Assembly: GCF_009914755.1 (NCBI RefSeq)
Contig: NC_060947.1
Length of the DNA: 64,000 nt
DNA from: the human T2T-CHM13v2.0 reference genome, Homo sapiens
Strand: one strand, 5' to 3'
Positions 15,530-30,739 of the stretch are shown piece after piece (position 1 is the first letter of the stretch; every line of letters begins with the position of its first letter). A model generated the notes under the pieces. It made no database searches, was not told the DNA's origin, and saw only the letters and a list, made by a program, of their open reading frames with translations. Made by a program: the position numbers and the translations under genes.

Positions 15530-17940
15530 TTAAGATTTTTATTGTGGTAAAATATACATAATATAAAATTTACCATTGTAATTATTTTAAAGTGTACAGT
15601 TCAGCGGCATTAAGTACATACACATTGTTATGCAACCATCACTGCCATCCATCACCAGAACATTTTCATCATCCCAAATTGAATCTCTGTACCTGTCAAA
15701 CAATAACTCCCCACTTTCCCCTACTCTTGACTCCTGACAGCCATAATTCTACTTTCTGTCTCTATGAGTTTGACTATTCTCAGTACCTCATATAAATGGA
15801 ATCATATATTTGTGCCATTTCATTTGGCTTATTTCACTTAGCATAATGTTTTCAAGGTTCACCCATGTTGTAGCATGTATCAGGATTTCATTCCACAGAA
15901 TTGCCATTCAACCCAGCAATCCCATCATTGGGTATATACCCAAAGGAATATAAATCATTCTGTCAAAAAGATACATGCACACATATGTTCATCACAGCAC
16001 TATTCACAATAGCAAAGACATGGAATCAACCTAGGTACCCATCAGTGGTGGACTGGATAAAGAAAATATGGCATATATATACCATGGAGTACTATGCAGC
16101 CATAGAAAACAATGGAGTTATGTCCTTTGCAGGAACTGGAGGCCATAATCCTAAGCAAACCAACACAGGAACAGAAAACCAAATACCACATGTTCTCACT
16201 TATGAGTGGGTGCTAAACACTGAGTACACATGGACACAAAGAAGAGAATAATAGACACTAGGGCCTACTTGAGGGTGGAGGGTGGGAGGAGGGTGAGGAT
16301 CTATAAACTACCTACCGGGTACTATGCTCCCTACCTGGGTGACAAAATAATACGTACACCAAACACCTGTGACACACAATTTACCCAGATAACAAACCTT
16401 CACATGTACCCTGGAACCTAAAAGTTTAAAAATAAATAAATAAATATGGTTTTATTATACACAGTTAATCAACATGGCAATATTTAGTGATTTATAGAAG
16501 GTGAGTTAAATCTTACCACTTTATTAGCTCATGGGAGGCCCTTTTACTTTTCCATACAATTCTGTTGCTGACTTTTTATTAATGAATTATTTGAATTTAA
16601 TCGTAGGAGTGCTATTTTAACATATTCCTCTGGCCCTCAACACAATAAAGAAAAGTATTACCACAAAAAAGAATCTCATGCCTTATTAAGGCTAAACAAT
16701 ATTCCCTTGTATGTATGTACCACTGTTTATTATCTATTTGTCGATTGATGGACATTTGAGTTATTTGTACCTTTTAGCTATTGTGAATAATGCTCCTATG
16801 AGTAATGATGTACAGATATCTATTAAAGTCTCTGCTTTCAATTCTTTTGGATATGTACCTAGAAATGGAGTTGCTCGATCATATAATAATTATATGTTTC
16901 ATTTTTTTTGAGGAACCACTGTACTGTTTTCCACAGTGGCTACACCATTTTACACTCCCACCAACATGTGCAAGGGTTCCACTTTCTCTATATCCTTCCC
17001 AACACTTGTTATCATCTGGATTTTTGTTTGTTTGTTTTAATAATTATAATAGCTAAATTAATGGGTATGAGGTGATGTCTCATTTTGGTTTTGATCTGCA
17101 TTTCCCTAATGATTAGTGATGTTGAGCATTTTTTTCATGTGTTTTTTGGCCATCTGTATATCTTTTTTGGAGAAATGCCAATTCAAATTATTTGCCCATT
17201 TTTGAACTGGGTTGCTTGTTTCTTAGTTGTTGAATTGTAGGAGTTCCTTATATATCCTGGATACTAAACCCTTATCAGATATATGATTTACAAATATTTT
17301 CTTTCATTCCATGGAATGACTTTTCACTGTGTTAATAGTGTCCTTTGATTCACAAAATTTTTAGTTTTGAGGAAGTTCAATTTCTTTCTTTTTTCTTTTG
17401 TTGTCTGTGCTTTTGATGTATACACAAGAAGTCACTGCAAAATCCCATGTCATGAAACTTTTCCTCTATATTTTCTTCTGAGTTGTATAATTTTAGCTCT
17501 TATGTTTAGATCTTTAATCCATTTTAAGTTAATGTTTATATGCAGTATAAAATAAGCTCCATCTTTATTCTTTTGCATGTGAATATCCAGTTTTCCCACC
17601 ACCAGTTGTTAAAGAGACTGTCCTTTTCCCATTGAGTGGTCTTGGCACCCTTGTTGAAATCATTTGACCATAGATGCATGAGTTTGTTTTTGGCCTCTTG
17701 ATTCTATTCCAATGAATATGTCCATATGTCTGTCTTTATGCCAGTACCATACTGTTTTGATTACTATAGCTCTGTAGTAAACTTTGAAATCAGAAAGTCT
17801 GAGTCTTCCAATGTTGTTCCTCTTTTTCAAGGTTGTTTTGGCTATTCTAGGTCTCTAGAGATTCTACATAAATTTTAGGAGTGATTTTTCTATTTCTGTA
17901 AAATTATTGAGTTGCATTGAACCTGTAGATTGCTTTGGGA
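15530..17940 (-). mobile_element. Old L1M (L1MB-like) 3' portion, split by an insertion at 15895-16669
   Basis: L1MB-type 3' end TTTTTATTGTGGTAAAATATACATAA...; continuous antisense ORF2 homology resumes at about 16670. Confidence 0.85.
15895..16445 (+). mobile_element. 5'-truncated LINE-1 (L1PA15/16 or L1PB-like 3' end)
   Basis: ORF 15901-16251 begins PFNPAIPSLGIYPKEYKSF (ORF2p C-terminus); 3'UTR and (TAAA)n tail to about 16445. Confidence 0.9.
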
Positions 17941-18721
17941 GAAAGAATTTTTGAGTCATTTTCAAAAGTGATGTTTCAGTTAAATCAACACTTGTGTTTC
18001 ATTTGTTGCTTATAAAAAGCACACTCATGAGTAAAGAATTTAGGAAAGGCAAAATGATAATAATAATAATAAGTATCTGGAGAACAATGTTCTGGATGGA
18101 GAGTCAGAGATTTTGGGCTATGCAATATGGTTATAGACACAGCCTGTGTCCTTTTGCAAATCAGTAGCATATACTATGCCTTGGTTTCTATCCACCCTGA
18201 GACCCAAAGGGCCTTTGAGGTAGCTCAAATTGGCCTATTGCAGAGCTGTAAAGCTACAGTGATATACAAAGTGACTTCACAGGGAGGCTTTATTATTGGC
18301 TCATAGCTGTTAAATCAATCACTCTAATTGAACCCAAAGGAAATAAAATCACCATCTGTTTATTGACATGATGGATATATCTGCCTTATCTAATGATGTC
18401 ATCTACAAGTCTTGAAAACTATCCAGAAGGAATAATTTGGAAGGATGTGAAGAACTTTGGAAAATGTGTGCCCCCACCCCAAGCCTAACTCACCCATTCT
18501 AAACTTTCTGTCCCTGCACAAGCTATATCCCCTTGACCATATTACTATTAACAATATGAACATTTATAAAACCAACTTAAAGCCAAGTGGAGCCAAAATG
18601 CAGATGATACCCCCTTCAAGTTTGGGCCTTCCCTACTCTGAGATAAGAGGCAGTACCTACAACCTCACCTCTAGAGTATTTCTTTTTATTATGACCTATA
18701 ATACCTTACCTGTATAGCTCC

Positions 18722-19254
18722 TGTATTAGTTATATATTGCTGTATAACAAGTTACCCCAAAACTTAGTGGTTGCAAACAACAAGCATTGGCTACCTTAAA
18801 ATTTCTAGAGACCAGGAATCCAAGAACAGCTTAACTGAGTGTTTTGGTTTCAGAGACTCTCATGAGGCTGCAATCAAGGCCTCAGCTGGGATTGCAGTCA
18901 TCCGAAGGCACAACCAGGGAGGATCTGCTACCAAGCTCACACACGTGGCTATTAGCAGGCCTCAGAAGATCTTCCAAGCTCACTCACGTGTGCCTCCCCA
19001 TAGAGCTGCCTCATAAATGGCAGTGGCTTACCCCAGAATGAGTGATCCAAAAAAGAGTGAGGGGGAGCCCCCAAAATGGAAGCCACACAATCTTTGTATA
19101 GCCTAACCTCAGAAGTAACATGCCATCACTTCTGCCATATTCTATTTGTTAGAAGTGAATCATTAAGTGTGGCCTAAAAAGTAAAGAATTACATGGGGGT
19201 TCAAATCCCAAAGGGTGGAAATCATTGGACGCCATCTGAGAGGCTGAGTACCAC
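18722..19254. mobile_element. MLT1-family (ERVL-MaLR) solo LTR
   Basis: Begins TGTATTAGTTATATATTGCTGTATAACAAGTTACCCCAAAACTTAGTGG; contains CATGCCATCACTTCTGCCATATTCTATT; ends near TACCACA. Confidence 0.8.
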
Positions 19255-21169
19255 AACCCCTCACCCTGCCCCATATTTCTGCAGCCTTATTTTGGGGTCC
19301 ATTAATCCCATGGCTCTAAGGACTCCCAGCATATAGGCTATTTCCACTTTCTCATACTTGCCATGCTCCCTTTCCCCCATCCCCATGACAGGACCTCTGT
19401 TCAGGTTGTTTTCTCTACTTGGAATACTCTTCCTATTCTCTTCATTTACTTAATGTGTGCTTATCTTTCAGGATTCAGCTCAAGAATTAGTTTCTTTAAC
19501 ACCTCTTTTTCATTGATCACAGTGGTATATTTATAATTTGGGTATGATTGAGGAACATCTGTCTTCCTCAATAAACAACATGAGAATAAGAACCATGTCT
19601 GTTTGTCTTTACCATTGAACTATCAGTACCTATCAATACCCCTGACATATAGTAGGTGCTTAATAAATATTTGTTGAGTGAAGTAATGAATGAATAAATA
19701 AATAAAATACCATCATCTGAGTAATATGAAAATAAGGGCTCCAAATATCTGCCAAAGTAATAATATACACAAGGAAATACCCATGGCCCCCTGACTTTGT
19801 GATATGATTGTCATCAACAGGGCTCAGTCTTCAGGCCTTTAGTTGAGATATTCACATGCTTGGAGGTGACCTTATGTTGACTTTGAGAAGAGTAGCGAGT
19901 GGAGCTGCCAGACATATCTCTAATGAGGTTGAAATTCTTATTCTTAGAGGAAAGCAACACTTTAATTCTCAACACAGGGAGGGATAGAGCAGGTTGCACA
20001 ATCACTATTGCCAAAAAGTTTTTTTTAATAGCAAAAATAGCAGAATTTTTTACCTATCTAGTCTTGCCCCCACCTGGAAGCAGGAGAATGGCATGGCATA
20101 TTGATGGGCTTTCTGGTTCCTAGGGTTCTAAGGCATTCAGCCCCTTAACCAATCTCCTCAGTAAGTGGTAGAGATGAGCTTGGTACTAGAAAACCTCAGT
20201 GAGAGGAAGAGATCCAGTGCCTCTGGAGCTTCTCCTGAGAAGAGCTTCTGGATTTGAAATCAAACATTCCTGAAAAGCAAGGCCTGCTCTGAAGTGGAAA
20301 AGAGTGAGCAGACCCTTTGTGCCCATATAACTCACTCATTCTCCCAAGAGCCTTTTAAGGGAAGGAAATGGTGAAAGGCACCACTTACCACAGCATAATT
20401 ATTCAGGTTGATAAGCGGAACAAAGAGACCACTGTCTCGATGGGGTTTGCAACCAAAGAGGGGGGTCTTTGAGCTAGATTTGCTCCAGCATCCCAGGGCT
20501 GTTGAAAGATTGGATCATTAAAAGTTTATGGCCTCATGGAGCTATTTTAAGCCTGTTCCATCCCTCAATGCTGGCCTCAAAGCTGCCACAAATTCTTTCA
20601 TCCCCATGAACTGTGGCTTGGAGTGAACAAAAGTGAGACTGCTCCTTTGGAGGGAGAGAAGCCTGGGGCTGCAAGATGGGGTTGCAGGGAAAAGGGTTTG
20701 TTATAACTAATGAGCTGCCTGTCAGCACTGTTGTCACTGCCATTGCCACCACGCTACTCAAATATTCTCAGGAAGCTCAGTAGATGGGGCATGCTCACAT
20801 GGAATCAAAAAAGAAAGCAACTGCCCTGCCCACTCTGAATAAAGCAGAGTGTAGCAAGTAAGAAAACTGAGTCCTAACCTCCTTGCTTGGAGGAAAAGAG
20901 AGTGGAGAGGGAGGAAGGTAGGGCCTCTCCAGGGATGAATTGGTTATTCTGGAAGCAATGCAAAATGTTAAATCTGAGCTGAGGTATCTAATGCCAGAAG
21001 ATCATGCCTTATGTCCACAGACCTACAGTCCTGGGCTTTTCTTATCAGATGTTCCCTTTAGAGGTGTACAAAATAAGTAACTATTTTGAAAAATACATAG
21101 TAATTATATTAGTGAGTGTTCCAAAAGATTTTTAAAATCCATAGGGCTCCCACTAAAAATTTGTTCCCA

Positions 21170-21975
21170 ATAACTCATTCAACAAATAGATTTGAATGCC
21201 TACTATATGACAGAAAGTGTCCTAGGCCAGTTGAATATAACAGCGGACAAAGTAGACAAACGTCACTACCCTCATGGAGCTCATACGTTAGTAGGGGGTG
21301 ACAGACCACAAGTAAGATAATTTAGTAAATAAATACTGTGTCAAATGCTGATGGATACTATGAAGAAAAATGAAGCAGAGCTAGGAAGGATACTAAATAC
21401 TGTGCTTGGTGGTGGGGGTTCATGATTTTAGATAGGTCAGGGAAAATGTCATGGAGAAGGTGATATTTGAGCAGAGATTTGAAGGCAGTGAAGGAAGGAG
21501 TCATGTGAATATCTGGAGGAAGATTTTTCCTGACAAAGAGGAGGTCATGTGGTAAGACCTGGCATGGTTGAAAAACAGCAAGGAGACTAATGTGGTTGAA
21601 ATGATGTAAGGGGAAGAGGTGTGGCAGGAATTGAGATTGAAGAGATAACAGGGGACCAGATGGTGTAGTGCCTTAAAAGCTAAGGATTTGAACTTTATGA
21701 TGAGTTAGATGGGAAGCCTTTTAGTAAAGGAGTAACACGATCTTACTTACATTTTAAATAGATCACTCTGGCTGCTACTTGGAGGATAGATTATAGGGAA
21801 GTGGGAATACCATTAGAAGAAAACTGCAGAAATTCAGACAAGTGAGTATGGTGATTTGAGCCAGTAAGGTGTTAGTGGAGAGAAGAGAAATACTGATATA
21901 TAGAATTTGATATACAAATTACAATATACATGGAAAGTAGAGTTGACTGAAATTGCTAATGAATTAGGATGTATA
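21170..21975 (-). mobile_element. L2 LINE fragment (resumes at about 22965-23100)
   Basis: CTCATTCAACAAATA 3' end; GGAGAAGGTGATATTTGAGCAGAG; GATCACTCTGGCTGCT. Confidence 0.8.
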
Positions 21976-21989
21976 TAATATAAAGTTAG

Positions 21990-22960
<971 letters not shown>

Positions 22961-23355
22961 AAGAAAGGATGTTTGAATTCAAGAATGACTATAAAGCTTT
23001 TGGCCAAAGCAATTGGAAGGATCAACTTGCCCGCAACTGAGATGATGAAGATAAGTAAAGGAGGAGATTTGCGAGGTGGACATCGAAGTTTGGTGACTAT
23101 TAGATTTGTGTTTTCCCAGGCCTGGAGGGACTAGAAAAAAAATGGCAGCTGCTGGTGGCTACCTTTAATGGGTCATGGAAGAAAATGGATTAGAATAACC
23201 TCACCATAGTTGCAGAAAGAGCTGGTTGGTGGTAGATTGAGAAAATAGACCAACTTGGACCTGAGCCTTCCTCTGCCTCTCCCTTCTCCTGCCTGGATTC
23301 CAGTGCCTCCACTGCCTCACACTCATCCTGCTGGTCATTCCCTTATGTTCTATTC

Positions 23356-23576
23356 CAGGGGTTGGTAAATTTTCTGTAAAGAGCCAGATCATAAATATTT
23401 TAGGCTTTGTGGGCCAGTTGGTCTCTCTCACAGCTAATCAACTCTGTCATTGTAGTGCAAAAGCAATCATAGACAACACATAAATGAATGAACATGCTTG
23501 TGTTCCAATAAAACTCTATTTTCAAAACTAGACCATGACCCGATTTGGCCTATGAGCTGTAGTTTTTCTTCCCCTG
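23356..23576. mobile_element. MER58A-like hAT-Charlie MITE
   Basis: Terminal inverted repeats CAGGGG...CCCCTG; GAGCCAGATCATAAATATTTTAGGCTTTGTGGGCC; TGTTCCAATAAAACTCTATTT. Confidence 0.85.
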
Positions 23577-26079
23577 CTCTAGACCTCTGTTGACCTGTCC
23601 ACCAAAACACAGTCTTCATGTGTCCACTCAACCTTGTGACACAATTACAATCTAATTTCAACATGAAATTTTAAATGGGCACCTCCAGTAGCTATCCCTC
23701 AAATATGGCTGGATATTAATGTTTTAGTGGCAGAACAAATGCTCTCATTGGCATTATTTTACTCTATAAAGTAAATAATCTCAATCAGAACCCAAAGAAG
23801 ATCTTTTCATTTCAAATACAGGGAAGAAAGGTATCTCATAAACATTTAAATTTTTCCTGAATTGGCCCTTATTTTTTAGAAAAAAGTTACTGGCCGCTGC
23901 TCTAGAACTATCTCTGTCTTCTCCAAGCCAACCAACATGTCCTCTCAAGGCCCTCACAGGTGACTTTGTAATCCAGTTGTAAGGTGTTAATGGCTGCCAC
24001 CTCCCAGAAAGATTACCATCCAAAGCTTACTTTTGAGGGTGCAGCACTAAATGGCCTGCTCTTTCTGAGGTCAGCACAAATTGGTTGACCTGTACAACTT
24101 CCAGCTACAAGTGTAAGGAACAGCTCAGTTCACATGCGTGATCATTGGAACTCGGTGGACCTTTGCAAGATGGACTGTTACAATGAGCAAATTTGGATAA
24201 TGCTCTTAATTTATGAAAAATATTAGATATTTTTAAAAGATGTACAGAAAAATATAATGAACACCTCTATACCCAAAACCCAGATTAATAAATCAAATAT
24301 TATAGATATAGTCAAAGCATTTTTTATACCCCTCTCTGATCTCTTATTCTTATTTTCCTCTTATTCACACAGAGGTAACCTCTATCTTGAAGATGCATGT
24401 GTCCCTTCTTTGTAATTTTTCTACTTACAAATGTATGCATATGAATGTATCCCTAAATAATACACAGTATTGTTTTTCATGTTGTTAACCTTTGTATCAA
24501 TGATATAATAACTATAAATATGTTTTCAAGTTGGATCTATAATTGACACATATACTTCAAGTTTACTCATTTGCACCACTACAGCCTTCCATTGTAAGAA
24601 TAACCTCATTTTATTTATCTATTATTCCATCAATGATTTCTTAGGCTGACACCAATTTTACATTATTTCACACAACGCTGCAAGGAACATTCTGATTCAT
24701 TCTCCTGGTGCCATATATGAGAAGTTGAATGCTGCTTTTTTGCTGAGCTTCTCAACCAATGTTCATAGAACACCCACTCTATATAAGAGTGGCACATGTG
24801 GGAAGACAAAGTTCTCTCCTGGAGGATCTGGTGACCAAAATGCTAAAAGGTCTTCAGAATTCTTTTATTTCATTGTGGTTGGCCAAATAGTTTTGACTTA
24901 AACCAAGCAAACAAGCCAGGAGAAGCTGAAATGACAAGGTCAAAATTACCTCCTTTCTTGATTCTCATTTCAGTATCTTGGTCCCTGAGAGTCAAAGCAA
25001 TATATTCTTGTTTGGCCACAGACTCTTCTTGCTTGGCCTGATGGATCTGCATGCATCAGCGATGGAGAGAGGCTTAAGTAGTCAATAATAATCAGGTTCT
25101 AATGTCATTTCAGTAAATGCCACATATGACAAGAGACTTCCAGATGGTAGAGTCAAACCCAGGCTGTCTTGCAGTGCAAAGGCAGAAGGTAACTGAATAA
25201 CTAGCCAACTCCCAGATTTCCGAATTGTTCCCCAGGCGTTTCCTGCTGTTGCTGTGTTATAGAGCTAGACAAAAGGGCATCTGATGTTTACAAATTTTTA
25301 CTAAGGAAGACTCATGCTGTAAAGTCAGTGAGAAAGTTGACAGTTTGGACATTAATGTGGACTGGCGCTTTTTCTTAAAACATTTCCCAAAGATTTTCTG
25401 TTCCTCATTGTGTTCACATTTGCCGCCTTTATAGTTTCCCCTAGAGACTGTCAATTGTCTAGGTCTGCCAGAAACGGAAAAAAATTTGAAGCATCAGTAG
25501 ATATTATCATTTAAGTCAAGTTATAGTGGAAGTATTTTCTCCCCTTTTGCTCCCCACTATTCATTGCATACTTTATCTCAAAAATATCCGATGCTACTCA
25601 CTGTTTTTAAGAACCTGAGGAACAATGCAACTCTATTATCTACAGATGGCAGCGCTGCATTTTGGCTAGTCTGAAAAAAACTACTGTTTAAATCCTCACA
25701 GACACATTTACTTTCTTATATTAACCCCTTTACAGCTGCCATATTTCTCATGATCTCCCTTTAGGTATGTAGCCTGAAGCCTAGTAGGGAGCTCTGAGTT
25801 ACCTTAATAACTCTCATGCCCCATTCCACACATGAAATCTATTTTCCTCTTCCATACGCTAATGCTTTTTCAGGAAAAGACTGAATAAAATATAGCAATG
25901 TTAGGCTGTTTCAATCTGATACTTAATCAAGGTATTAATTAGAGTAATTCCTATTACATAATCATATGAAAAACACAGTAAAATAGATCCCTTGGGATTG
26001 TGGTCAATCATTTCTGTAAGTGTAGTATTTATTACCACCAGCAAACGTAAAATGAAAGCTGGTAAACAGAATAAGTTTA

Positions 26080-26560
26080 TTTTTTAAAATTTATAATGTG
26101 TTTTGACATGTACTAGAAAAATACAACTACAGTATTATATCAAGCCCATTATTTCAAAAATATTGCTGCTTAGGATGAAGCTACATTTTTTAATTGACAA
26201 AAATTGTATATATTTATGATTTACAACATGATGCTTTCATATATATAATATTTATCTATATATAATATTTATATGTATGTAGTGTCATGGCTAAATCAAG
26301 CTAATTATCATATGCTCACATATTTATCATTTTTGTGGTGAGAATACTTAAAATTTACTCTTTCAGCAATTTCCAAGTATATAGTACATTATTACTAACT
26401 ATAGTCACCATGTTGTACAATGGCTCTCTTGAGAGGCTACATTTTTTTAAAGTGAGTCAATTTGATAAAAAATATTAAGTGAATAAAAGCACATGTATTT
26501 TACAGATATAGCAAAAATAATAAAGGTGGTATGTAAATGAGTGATGCTTAGAAAACACTG
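26080..26560. mobile_element. hAT-Charlie-like fossil interrupted by a short antisense L1MA 3' end (about 26190-26433)
   Basis: L1MA end TTAATTGACAAAAATTGTATATATTTATG... flanked by repeated GCTACATTTTTT; host element ends GAAAACACTG. Confidence 0.65.
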
Positions 26561-27314
26561 ATGTAGGTAAATGTTTTTGTTGCCTTCCAAGGATTCTGAA
26601 AAAATGGCCCAGGAGTTCTAAAATCTATTTAGATATAATTTAAAGATATTTGAAAACAACTTAAAAATTTTAATTAAAGAAAATTAAACTAAAAGCAATG
26701 CATTCGCTCAAAAATGTTATAGATGCCAAATTTTAACACATTGAAGACCAACGGTGCATTAACTTGAGCTCCTCAATAGACTCATTTTTGTGCAGAATTC
26801 AGAATAAACTTTACTTGTCATTCAATTTAATTAAAGTATATACCATAATTCTACAGCACACTGTTGGATAAGGGAATAGAATGCCGTTTGCAAATACTTA
26901 CCTGTGTGGGTCAGAATATTAGAATATTCTATATATAAAGTATAGAATACTGTGCAACCAAAACAAATTACAGAGATGAATGGCTACAACTGCTTCATAA
27001 CTTCCTATTTCAAATGTTTGTGTTTATCAAAATAGTCATATTTATTAATTTTTATAATTATATATTTGGGTTATCAAATAAGCATCTTAGTAAATTACTG
27101 CTTTTATCTGATTTATATATTCAGGTCATGTATAGAATTTTATTTGAAAAAGGGGTTTCATTAATTAACAGGTGTGAAAAGCATTGGTGGAGATGAAGCA
27201 GCCAGTTGAATTACTAGAATTTTCACTACCATAATGCATTAGGATTTTATAGAATGAGAGAGGAAGATTCTGCTTAGTAATAAGAGTTAACATCCATTTA
27301 GCCCTTCTTATATT

Positions 27315-27910
27315 TGTCAGGATAGATGAGGTTATGTTGCAGTTACGAATTACTTCAAAATTTCAGTTGTGAACCACAAGAGTTTATTTCTCACTTATGC
27401 TACATGTCTCTCATGGCTTGGTTAAGCCTCTATTTCATACTGTCTTTACTCCAGGACTCAGACTAAAAGATCACCCTCTATCTGGAACATCGCAGTCATA
27501 TCGCAGAGGAAAATAAGGAATATGACAAACCACATACTGGTTCTTAAAGCCCCTGCTTGAAAATAACCTGTCATTTTTGCTCATATTTCATTGGCCAAAC
27601 TGAGTCACATGACCACGCCTGCATTCTACAGGGCAGAGATGTATAACCATTCCACCGGGAGGAGCACTGCCAGAAGGGGCACAGAATATAAGTAAACAGC
27701 TCTATAATCTACCTTGCTTATTATGTGCCAGGCCCTCTTCATTTATGACTTAAAGCAACCTGGTAGGGTAATTACTATAATTACCCCATTTTAGAGATAA
27801 AGAAATGGAGGCTCAGAGAGTTTAGATGACTTGCTGAAGGTCACACAGCTGAGTAGTAGCCAAGTTGGGATTTACAACTCAGCCAGTCTGGCTCCAGAGC
27901 CTGTGCACTA
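27315..27910. repeat. MLT1-family LTR (about 27315-27712) followed by MIR
   Basis: GTCAGGATAGATGAGGTTATGTTGCAG start; CATTGGCCAAACTGAGTCACATGACC; MIR CCCATTTTAGAGATAAAGAAATGGAGGCTCAGAGAG. Confidence 0.7.
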
Positions 27911-30739
27911 TTCTATAATGCTTAGGTTGGGCTTCCCACCAAACTGACAGGTATTGCCCTTCAGCACTAGCCCACAGTGGGTATGTTAAATAGATTATAA
28001 AATTATAGTGAAGACTATAACTCCACAGGAGCCTTCAGTATAATTCCATAGTGTATTTAATGGATTAATGTATGAATTCCACAAAGATGACAGTTTCAGA
28101 CATCTTCAAATACAAAAATCAGACACACTCAAAATAGTGATAGTTCATTGCAGCTCAGATATTTTGTTACCAAAAGGTACTTATTTTGGTAACAAAAAAG
28201 TTGGTATATTTATAAACATTACTGCTAGCCTTAGAATTAAGCATGGCATGTAATCTAATTGCCTTCCTTCCTCCATAAATTAGAAATAAGTCACCAAAGG
28301 CAGAGGCTCACCCAAGCCTGCTTTTGGGGTATTCCTTAATTTATACTTAAGAAAAAAAGGATCCTGAAACAAAAAGCCTCGTTAGGCAGACTTTGACTAA
28401 GGAAGGACCCATGGGCCTTAGGGTCAGAGGATCTCTATTTTGGGGAACAATACCACTAATATAGCAGCTTCTGAGTAGAGCCAGCACCTGAGTTTTTGTA
28501 TAGATATGATGCCCCTGGGGACCAGTCTATCAGGAAACAAATCACTAACTGAGCTGGAATTTCATCAGGGCAAAAGGCAGATGGAGTTGTGAAACTGAGG
28601 ACCCCTAACAAACTGGGGCAATAAATCCCTGACCACAGACTGAGCAAATTCAAAGGTTGAAGTCTAGAGGCAAATTCCTATGGGTAGATTTCATTGCCAT
28701 AGTAGCAATCTCTGGACTTCTCCATCCTCATTTCCTAATAATCCTGTCTTTGCCTGGAACATTTATAAGCTTTTAAGCAGATAAGTGAGTAGAGAAAAAT
28801 TTGTTTTTTAATATAAAATCTGCAAAATGTCCCAGCTGAGCATACCTGTGTTTTAACTCATTCTGTCCCCATAACAACCCCATGAGAAAGATACTCATAG
28901 TAACCTGATTTTATAATGAGGTTGCTAACACTTATAGACATAGGTTAACTCATCTGTGCTCCAGGAAGGCAGAGAATGTGACTATGTCCCCTATACTTCC
29001 AGCACCTCACAAAGTGCCTGACACATAGCTGATGCTCAGGAAATATTAATAATTGAATGAATGAGTAAGCAATTGATTCCTTTTGCACTATGCGCAAGCC
29101 ATTGGGCCTCATTTATATTATGTCTTCATGTAGTTCACTCCTCATAATTCTGCCTGGGCCACCATCACTGTCTGACCTTTATTAAGGCTTGAGGTGGGGT
29201 GACAGTGGAAGAAACGTGGTGGCTTAACCAATCAAATTCAAATTATTTCTTTCCACATTTGCTTTTAACAGCAAACAAAGTAATGCAGTCCTGGAGAAGG
29301 CAAATCTTGGGGAAAATGTTTTCCCAAGACTACGTGCCTCATCTGTTTCCAAACACAGTCCCCACAGGCCCCATATATATTTTTAATGTAATTTACACTC
29401 CCCATCTAAACAAGGCAGTGTAAAAAGGGCACTATTCTGCATTATAGATTTTGGTCTTGATTTCCAGTTGTCAATGGAATTAACCACATTTTGGCCTTGG
29501 AGAGGTTGCATTCCTGATTCTCTCTGCCATCTCACTTATAAAGGCAGAAGAGGGAAGCACGGTGCCAGGGAGAAGGCATCAGCTTGGCGTCTGTGGCATA
29601 ACCACTCAGAAATTCCATTCTCTGCAAAATCCACATCTCCTTCCTGTAGGTCTTGTGGCTGGGGCCCACAACTAGGACAAAAGGACCCTCTCCTTTTCCT
29701 ACCCCCATCAAGGGCAGAAAGATGCTGATGCCCAGACATCCAAGGGGACAGGGACTTTGTCCTCTTGAATCTCCTTCCCTGAGGACTTTAAGAATAAGAA
29801 AAACTTTTCTTTGTTGGGACTAAATCCTGAATACATAAGCTCTTCTTTGCCATTCCAAGAAGGTGGTTTTTAAGAGGTTGAGCTTAGAGCCACTTCAGTT
29901 GCCAGGGTCTTCCACTGGGGCAGTGGTATTTAAATATTTCTTAGCTATGAAACACTTTCTAAAAATGAAACAATATATAAAATAGACAAAAAGTGTTGCT
30001 ACTCTGGTAAAGTAAGGGAGATTACCTAGACCTCTGACAGCTTTCTCTCCTTATATCAGCCTCTGAACACTCTCCATGTCTGGCTTACTGGCCTCTGTAT
30101 TCCCGCTCTGTATTCAAAGCCTAGTACATAGGGGGAAATCATGGTCATGTATTGAATGAATAGGGGGTGTCAGCGATTTGTGGCAGCTGATGTTGTTACA
30201 TGACTTGTCCTCCTGTCATGTGTGCCTGCCTGTGTATGTGTATTGAAAGAAAGAGGCACTAAAAGCTGAAGACTGGAGTGCATTGGAGCTGAGTGGACAA
30301 GTCTTTGATGATGAGCTTGCAACAGTTGGAGTCTGAACAGGAGCTGAATGGTGAATGGCTCAGCAGGCTGCTAAATCCTGCAGATTTGCAGGCAAAGCTG
30401 GTTCATTTGCTTCATTCACTTGTTAAACCATTTCTGAGTAGCTGCCATGTGGTAGGCTAGCTCCTAAGAGATAAAGATGACTAAAACACAATCCCAATCC
30501 CTGCTCTCAAGAGGCTCATGGTCTAGTGCAGGAGATGGATATGAAAACAAACCAATGCCAATAAGCAGTGTAATGGCCATAATCCATTTTTAAACAATTA
30601 AATTGACATATTGTTTATTCCCTGGAAGTCTTGATGTCCTAGGTTTCACAGAATCTGTAGGTTTCTACTCTTCAGGGGAGGGTGGATACCAAAAAGTCAT
30701 TTTTTAGCTATGACTGACAGATTAAATTTTGCTTTTTTA

